51,733 nucleotides of DNA from Candidatus Bilamarchaeaceae archaeon (GTDB taxonomy: Archaea > Micrarchaeota > Micrarchaeia > Anstonellales > Bilamarchaeaceae), in assembly GCA_038870635.1 (NCBI GenBank), contig JAVZJR010000005.1:1-51733 (forward strand). The letters run 5' to 3'. Positions 45,650 to 51,733 of the stretch are shown here, piece by piece. The notes beneath the pieces were generated by a model. The model was given only the letters and a program-made list of their open reading frames with translations, was not told the DNA's origin and ran no database searches. Numbering within the stretch: position 1 is the first letter of the stretch; each line of letters opens with the position of its first letter. A program made the position numbers and the translations under genes.

Positions 45650-47610
45650 TATTTCTCACCTCCAGTTTTAATTAATTCTATGTGCGGTTGCCTCAACATT
45701 CTTTTATGCTCGCTTTCATTATACCTCTTAAGAATCTTCTCAAGAAACTCTTTTCTAAGACCGTATTCTTGCACAATCTGTTCTATAGTGAGACCTTTTT
45801 CAAATAACAAATATGCTGCAGCGTCTTGTTCTTTTAATGTAGCATCTAATTCAACTTCATGTGTTTGGTTTGGATAATAACCAGTGGATGGGGCTCTTTT
45901 AATGATTTCTTCTGGTACACCTAAAACTGCTGCTAGTTCCTGTATATCTGTTTTATATAAATCATCCAATACCCCAAAATCAAATGACATCGGCGTACCC
46001 CATTTTGCTGCATATCCTTGTACAAATTCTGTTCTGTTACTTGTTCCTAGCACTCTTCCATTCAGTTTTCTTGCAAAAAAATAGAGTATTGCAACTCTTG
46101 CTCTTGAAGCGAAATTACCACTGTCAATTTCATCAATTTTTAATGTTTGTTTTTCTTCTTCTGACATTAATCTGTTAACTTCGTCAATAATCTCTTTATA
46201 TGCTTTAACAACACCGCTCAACTCTAAGGTATACTCTTTTAATCCAAGTTCTTTTCTTACTTTTTTTGAAAACGAAATAGACTCGTTGTCTTCCCATGCA
46301 GGCATCGTTAATGCAACAACATTCTCTGCACCCACCGCCTTAACAGCCAAATAAGTAACAACAGTTGAATCAATTCCACCAGACAACCCGATAATAAACT
46401 TTGGACGACCGTTACTCTCCCAATACTCCCGCAACTTTGTTATTATTTTTTGTGCTAATTCATCATAGCTACACTTATGTCTTTTCTTAATCTCTTCTAA
46501 CGCACGTGATATACCATTGTTTTTATTTACTGGTTTTACTTTTTCTCCAAAGATCTCATCTACCATTTTAATAGTAGCGTATTTTTCAACTAAAGAGGTA
46601 TTCTCGTTATTTTTTCTCATCTCATCTATAGCATTAATTAACTGCTCTCTCGAAATAGATATCTCTTCTAATGCAGAGTAATCCAGAGGTAAATTAAGTT
46701 TTTCATAAATTTCTCTTAAGGTTAAATAAAAATGGGGGTCACGAGTAATATACGAAGCTATTTTTACTGTAAGCAACGTACCAATACTCACTATTTGGCC
46801 ATGAGTAGGCTTCTCAGTCGGATAGTTGTACATTTTTTCCATGGTATAATAAAGTTTGTGCTCACCACCAGTTTGACGATGGTTTTTATTGATTTCAAGT
46901 GACATCTCGAAAATATATTTTGCAAGTAAAATAAGATTTTCCATAGAATAAATTTCATTAGAAGACTTGTTTTTGATTATATCTAATAACTCCAATACGG
47001 GTGTCACCCATGGTGTAATCTGTTTTATAGTGTCAATTAAATTTGAATTTTCTGACAGTAGATTGGCATTCGAAATAAAATCAAGAGCTGCGCTTATATT
47101 CCCAAATAAGTCTCCATAACCTGAACTTGTCCATTTGATATTATCGTTTCTGTTAGTTTCCATTAATGTAGTTGTTGATATAATACACTTACTCGGTGCA
47201 ACTGTTCTAAATGCTTTATTTTTACCATCGTAGTCCTTTAGAATACTTAAATCAACTCCAATGCATGAAGTGGAGAGGATTGTCGGTATTACTATTAATG
47301 ACTTATTTTTAATTTGAAGTTCAGCTGCGACTGCTCTTGCAATATCTAGCGAAGTACAGCCACCAATCCCATAGATTGTTAAATTGTCTAAAGATTTAGA
47401 GTTATATTTTTTTATAATATTATCGGCCGTTTCCTTTTTATTATTTTTAATTAGGATGCCATCAAACTTTTTTAATAAATCCTCATTATATGAGTCTACA
47501 ATAAGAAGTTTGTTATCATTTTTAAAAAATTTTATAATATTTTCAATTGGCTCTTTAGTAATAATAAAAGATGGTTTTTTATTTCCATCCATCTCTTTAT
47601 TTTTCAACAT
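45649..47610 (-). CDS. Fusion: glycerol-1-phosphate dehydrogenase/DHQS-Fe-ADH-like N-domain + NH3-dependent NAD synthetase-like C-domain
   Basis: N: GIGGCTSLD, IPTILS, GYGD..NISA..D, GGEH, HGQIV; C: GLSGGIDS, GNF.SRAR, GTSNRTE..GY, DLYKT, APS. Confidence 0.85.
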   Translation of the reverse strand: MLKNKEMDGNKKPSFIITKEPIENIIKFFKNDNKLLIVDSYNEDLLKKFDGILIKNNKKETADNIIKKYNSKSLDNLTIYGIGGCTSLDIARAVAAELQIKNKSLIVIPTILSTSCIGVDLSILKDYDGKNKAFRTVAPSKCIISTTTLMETNRNDNIKWTSSGYGDLFGNISAALDFISNANLLSENSNLIDTIKQITPWVTPVLELLDIIKNKSSNEIYSMENLILLAKYIFEMSLEINKNHRQTGGEHKLYYTMEKMYNYPTEKPTHGQIVSIGTLLTVKIASYITRDPHFYLTLREIYEKLNLPLDYSALEEISISREQLINAIDEMRKNNENTSLVEKYATIKMVDEIFGEKVKPVNKNNGISRALEEIKKRHKCSYDELAQKIITKLREYWESNGRPKFIIGLSGGIDSTVVTYLAVKAVGAENVVALTMPAWEDNESISFSKKVRKELGLKEYTLELSGVVKAYKEIIDEVNRLMSEEEKQTLKIDEIDSGNFASRARVAILYFFARKLNGRVLGTSNRTEFVQGYAAKWGTPMSFDFGVLDDLYKTDIQELAAVLGVPEEIIKRAPSTGYYPNQTHEVELDATLKEQDAAAYLLFEKGLTIEQIVQEYGLRKEFLEKILKRYNESEHKRMLRQPHIELIKTGGEK

Positions 47611-47683
47611 ATTAACACCAATTATAACTATATATGGTATTATATTTAAATATTTACTACTATATTATTTAGTAGTGATTTGT

Positions 47684-48451
47684 ATGGAAAATATAAATGA
47701 CGTTGCAAAAGCGCTTGTTTCTGCAGGCCTTTCTGCAAAAGAAGCAGTTGTATATCTTGATCTTTTATCAAATGGGGAAAGCCAAACGGGTAAAATATGT
47801 GAAAGAACGAGGATACCCAGTTCATATATATATGGAATTCTTAGCAACTTGATGAAAAAAGGTTTGGTTAATTATAAACTGGTTAACAACATTAAAGTTT
47901 TCCGTGCTTCTGAGCCAGATGCTCTTCTACAACTTTTTGAAGAAAAGGAAAAAGCATTAAAAAAAGAGAAAGTTAAAATGGCAGACTACATCGCCAAAAT
48001 TAAGTTAATAAAACCAAAAGAAGAACGCCTATCTGATTTTAAATATTTTCAGGGACTTAGAGGTATTAAATCTCTTTATACTGAAATAATAAATTCTTGG
48101 AAAAAAGGGGATGAATATTATATTGCTTCAGCACCACAGGAATCTTTCTTTAGACTTGAGGCTTTTTTTATAGAGGTAGTACATAGAAAGAGAATAAACG
48201 ATGGGGTAAAACTAAAAATAATAATCAACCAAAATAGTAAAAAATGGGGATTAAAAAGAGCTAGAATGCCTCTGACTGAGGTTCGTTATCTTGACATTGA
48301 TACAAAAACAGAATATGGTGTGCTAAATGAATATTTTTTTCTTGTTAACTATGGGTTAGAACCTTACGGTTTGCTCATAAAAGATAAAAATTTTGCTGAA
48401 ACATATAAAGTATTTTTTGATCTTCTTTGGAACCAAGCAAGACCCCTCTAG
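47684..48451 (+). CDS. TrmB-like HTH transcriptional regulator
   Basis: GLSAKEAVVYLDLL..GKICERTRIPSSYIYGILSNLMKKGLV, YFQGLRGIK, FFDLLWNQA; ATG 47684 (track extends it into the NadE fusion antisense). Confidence 0.87.
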   Translation: MENINDVAKALVSAGLSAKEAVVYLDLLSNGESQTGKICERTRIPSSYIYGILSNLMKKGLVNYKLVNNIKVFRASEPDALLQLFEEKEKALKKEKVKMADYIAKIKLIKPKEERLSDFKYFQGLRGIKSLYTEIINSWKKGDEYYIASAPQESFFRLEAFFIEVVHRKRINDGVKLKIIINQNSKKWGLKRARMPLTEVRYLDIDTKTEYGVLNEYFFLVNYGLEPYGLLIKDKNFAETYKVFFDLLWNQARPL

Positions 48452-48465
48452 CATTTATTTATTAT

Positions 48466-48846
48466 TTAGAAGATAATCTTTTTTGTTGTTTTACTTATAC
48501 AAAATCTTTTTTGTATATCTCTTTTTCTTTCTTTTATATTTTTTTCAAACTCTTTTTGTTTATCGAGAACAAAAGAAACATTTTGATTTGCTTTTTCTTT
48601 TGCACTGCGCATGCAATTAATTAGACCAAAAGTTTCATCATCATTAAGTTGTTTTATTTTTGCAAAATAGGTAATAAGAGGTGCAAAAAAATCTAATTTA
48701 TGTTTTTGAAGAGCAACCGCATCTAAATTCCATATCTCAAAAGCAAACGTAATAAATTCTTTTGCGAGCATTTCACCTTTTGTTTTTCCAAAAAAATTAA
48801 CGGTTTCTTCAATAAAAACCGCAACAAAAGAATTATTTTCGCTCAT
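48466..48846 (-). CDS. Hypothetical protein
   Basis: 126-aa ORF filling the gap; no motif recognised. Confidence 0.55.
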   Translation of the reverse strand: MSENNSFVAVFIEETVNFFGKTKGEMLAKEFITFAFEIWNLDAVALQKHKLDFFAPLITYFAKIKQLNDDETFGLINCMRSAKEKANQNVSFVLDKQKEFEKNIKERKRDIQKRFCISKTTKKIIF

Positions 48847-48947
48847 ATATTATATTAAGTTACAACAATATTATAAATTCTACTGTTTTTGAGTCAAGGC
48901 ATTTGTTTTTATATATAACTATTCTAAACTCCATAAAAGGTGTAAAT

Positions 48948-49235
48948 ATGAAAATTTCAGAACTTCGCCAAGGGTCTTACAGTGGTTCTGTTGAAGGGGA
49001 AATAGTTAAATTAGATGAACCAAAAGAACTGCAATCAAAATTTGGTAAAAAATTGGTTGTGGCAAACGGTATTTTAAAAGATGATAGCGGAGAGATAAAT
49101 ATCGCATTATGGAATGAGCATGCAACAGCGTTTGCTCAAGGGGATAAAGTAAGGATAACAAATGGGTGGGTTTCAGAATTCAAAGGAGAATTAAAACTCT
49201 CTCCAGGAAAAAATGGCACAATTGAAAAAATCTGA
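48948..49235 (+). CDS. Single OB-fold ssDNA-binding protein (SSB/RPA-like)
   Basis: MKISELR..VEGEIV, LKDDSGEINIALWN, GDKVRITNGWVSEFKG; AGGTG RBS. Confidence 0.9.
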   Translation: MKISELRQGSYSGSVEGEIVKLDEPKELQSKFGKKLVVANGILKDDSGEINIALWNEHATAFAQGDKVRITNGWVSEFKGELKLSPGKNGTIEKI

Positions 49236-49871
49236 TTTTTTTTCTTTATTCTTAAAATAATTTAGAAATTCTAAAAATATTTTAGTATTAATTTAAAAGA
49301 GTTGATGAATAAACATTATAATATATTCAAATATTTTAATATTATTAAAACCACGTCGCTAAAATAAATTTTTTGATTTTTTGATCGTAAAAATACCTAT
49401 TAAGCATAAAATAAATACTAAAAAAATTTATACTTTTTACCACCAAAAAATCTGTCTAAAATAATTATTTACTTATAAAGTAAACCAAAACAGAAATTTA
49501 AGATTTTGAAAATATTATAAGTTTACTATAGCAATATAATAATTTATTAATTTCTTTGTTTTTAGGTGTTTATCAATAAATAATATATATTCTGTTTTCA
49601 AAATTTTCCAAATAACATTGTAATAGTAAACCAATAAACAAAAATCAGATTTATATGACCAAAAAATAGTTTACCATTACAATAAATAAACCTTAAATAA
49701 CAATTTAAAATTAATATATGTTTACCATATAAGTAAATAATATAATTTCATACCAAAATAATATTAGAATTTCTAAAAAATTTTTAGTTTTTTATAAAAT
49801 GCAAATAGGAGCAAAAATAATAAAAAGAAAGAGAAAAAAATTATGACTAAAATAAATTTGTAAATATTATT
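49236..49871. repeat. AT-rich intergenic region with ~50-bp-phased GTTTACY motifs (candidate replication origin or protein-binding array)
   Basis: Copies at 49471(-), 49521(+), 49568(+, degenerate), 49617(-), 49669(+), 49720(+); flanking TTAGAAWTTCTAA palindromes at 49262 and 49764. Confidence 0.55.
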
Positions 49872-50033
49872 TTAGTATCTTGATCTTCTTGGTCTATAGC
49901 AATTTCTGCAATAAACCGGCCTTCCCTCAGCAGGTTTAAAAGGAACCTGGCAAGGTTGCCCACATTTTGAACAGACAGCATCATACATTTGTCTTGCTGG
50001 TCTGTCTGATCCACTCATTTCATCTTCACTCAT
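49872..50033 (-). CDS. CxxC-x17-CxxC zinc-ribbon protein (53 aa; not in ORF track)
   Basis: MSEDEMSGSDRPARQMYDAVCSKCGQPCQVPFKPAEGRPVYCRNCYRPRRSRY; AGGTGA RBS. Confidence 0.92.
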   Translation of the reverse strand: MSEDEMSGSDRPARQMYDAVCSKCGQPCQVPFKPAEGRPVYCRNCYRPRRSRY

Positions 50034-50249
50034 TTTTTCACCTATTTTATACTCTACCCAAACGAAAAATCAAATTGATAAATCGCATGGGTTGTAATTT
50101 ATTTGTGAATCTACTTATTTAAATACCTTTCCATTATTTTATCTATATTTCTATAAATATTTTAGATTTTCTAATATATTATTAGATAAACACAGACAAT
50201 CAAGAGGTAAAAGATATAATTAAAATTTTTGTGCTTAAAAACTTTAAAC

Positions 50250-50798
50250 ATGGATGCACTCGAAGCAATAAAAAAAAGACATTCAGTTAGAGAATATTCA
50301 GATAAACCTGTAGAAAAAGAAAAATTAAAAGCAATTCTTGAAGCTGCGATATGTGCGCCTTCTGGAATGAACAGACAACCGTGGCATTTTTTAGTTGTAG
50401 CTAATCCAGAAAACAGAAAAAAAGTATTATCCGCAAATCTTATAGTGAACAAATGGATGAATACCGCGCCAGTTATAATAATAGCGCTTGCAGACAAAGA
50501 ATCCTTTTATGGACGAGAAGAACAAAAGACCTATCTTTTTGACTTGGGCTTGGCTGTAGAAAACTTACTAATTGCGGCTACTGCTTTGGGGCTAGGGACG
50601 TGCGTAACAATCGGTTTTAACGAGCAAAAATTAAGAAGTATTTTACAGATACCGCAAAGATACATACCAATTGTTGTTATCGCTGTTGGATACGAAGCTT
50701 CAAATAAAGTTATTGAACCAATAATAAAAGGCATAACCCATTCAATCAACAAAAAGAAAGATTTTGATGAAGTTGTTTCTTTTGAGGAAATAAAATAA
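50250..50798 (+). CDS. Nitroreductase family flavoprotein
   Basis: IKKRHSVREY, APSGMNRQPWHF, ALGLGTC, VGY. Confidence 0.93.
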   Translation: MDALEAIKKRHSVREYSDKPVEKEKLKAILEAAICAPSGMNRQPWHFLVVANPENRKKVLSANLIVNKWMNTAPVIIIALADKESFYGREEQKTYLFDLGLAVENLLIAATALGLGTCVTIGFNEQKLRSILQIPQRYIPIVVIAVGYEASNKVIEPIIKGITHSINKKKDFDEVVSFEEIK

Positions 50799-51733
50799 TT
50801 ATTTGAGTATAACAAAATCGATTACTACTTGCACAACACGAGGTGCATAAGGACGTACAATTTTTCTATTTATTATTTTTACTTTTTCATTGCCATATTG
50901 CTTTATTTTTTGCTCGAGTTCAAAAAAAGGGTCGTTTTCTGGGCCAAAACCATATATGTGCACAATGCAGCCATTTTTTGCACCTCTAAAAGCAACGTCT
51001 AAAAATTTGTCTGCACTTTTTGGCAATGGCATTAAAATTCGATCAGCATAGTCTCTGTATTTTTTAGTTACTATCTCGCGAGCATCCCCTTCTTCTACAA
51101 TAATATTATTTACCTTATTTAGACTAATATTTTCTTGCATATAATTAACGGCTACCGGATTAAGCTCTATTGCGACTATTTCAACTGATGGCTGCTTTTT
51201 TGCTATGACTAATGGAAACGGTCCTACACCAGCAAACAACGCGAGTATTTTCTCGCCTGGGCGAACCTGCTCTGCAATTCTCTTTCTCTCCGCACTAAGC
51301 CTTACTGAAAAATAAACCTTTGCAACATCTAATTTCATTTTACAACCATGTTCTTTGTATATTGTTTCAGTGCGATTTTCACCAGCAATAACTTTTAGTG
51401 GCCGTACTCTAAAATCCCCACTAACCGCACCCATCTTTTTGGCTACTACTTTAACATTTCTGTGTACTTCCATGATGGCATTAGCTAAAACTTTTTCATA
51501 CTTCTCTGTATTTTCTGGAAAATCGACTATGGCGATATCTCCGACTATATCAAATGAAGAATATAAAAGTTCGGCATTCTCTTTTCCTATCTTTTCTTGC
51601 AGTATATCTTTTACATTTTTCTTTTTGCTGACCATGCCCTCTCGTTCTACTAAAGTCCATTTTCCTCTTGGTTTCTTAGAAATAGGAATGAAAACATAGT
51701 CACCTTCGTTAAAACACCTAAAACCATCTGCAT
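50799..51733 (-). CDS. trm5: tRNA (guanine37-N1) methyltransferase Trm5 family, 5' end beyond window
   Basis: FDIVGDIA, KVYFSVRLSAER, LFAGVGPF, ELNP, RILMPLP; frame stays open to the window edge (..EGDYVFIPI..). Confidence 0.9.
   Translation of the reverse strand, partial: ADGFRCFNEGDYVFIPISKKPRGKWTLVEREGMVSKKKNVKDILQEKIGKENAELLYSSFDIVGDIAIVDFPENTEKYEKVLANAIMEVHRNVKVVAKKMGAVSGDFRVRPLKVIAGENRTETIYKEHGCKMKLDVAKVYFSVRLSAERKRIAEQVRPGEKILALFAGVGPFPLVIAKKQPSVEIVAIELNPVAVNYMQENISLNKVNNIIVEEGDAREIVTKKYRDYADRILMPLPKSADKFLDVAFRGAKNGCIVHIYGFGPENDPFFELEQKIKQYGNEKVKIINRKIVRPYAPRVVQVVIDFVILK

Noticed and set aside
47384..47683. 100-aa hydrophobic N-terminal extension of the TrmB-like ORF
   Set aside because: Lies antisense to the fusion gene and across the promoter gap; the HTH begins at ATG 47684
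49236..49871. Second, degenerate CRISPR array
   Set aside because: Motifs are short, occur on both strands and are unrelated to the 31-bp repeat
50799..51635. Trm5 lacking its N-terminal D1 domain
   Set aside because: The frame continues without a stop to the window edge; the gene is only cut by the window
1..51733. Transposases, integrases, prophage or rRNA genes
   Set aside because: No recognisable motifs, terminal repeats or tRNA 3' duplications found by eye

Overview
This is a gene-dense, AT-rich archaeal chromosomal segment. Archaeal-type LeuRS, MCM, NMD3, Cbf5, Trm5, uL11, intron-containing tRNAs and an archaeal SRP RNA are present, and a DPANN/Micrarchaeota-like origin is my inference. 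It opens with the 3' end of cas2 and a CRISPR array (11 repeats of 31 bp plus a degenerate one). Housekeeping genes follow (mcm, leuS, glmS, protein-only RNase P, nmd3, ttuA, cbf5, cmk, rpl11, pyrE/pyrF, trxB, smc, apgM, ssb, trm5), along with a DHS-like/pdaD/speB polyamine cluster, several Cys-rich surface proteins and orphans. The ORF track missed several features: cas2, tRNA-Thr(UGU), tRNA-Pro(CGG), SRP RNA, an ankyrin gene with an ATA start and a 53-aa CxxC-x17-CxxC protein. The most notable candidates are: (1) a TrmB-like regulator divergent from a G1PDH-like/NadE-like fusion and a DUF1152 gene, with altered NadE motifs; (2) a ~640-bp AT-rich region beside ssb with a motif phased at ~50 bp (candidate origin); (3) two spacers hitting the same codon-diverged site; (4) a spacer made of a 9-bp tandem repeat; (5) a compact, atypical SRP RNA; (6) an orphan structured RNA candidate. 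All calls come from motif recognition by eye; no searches were run.
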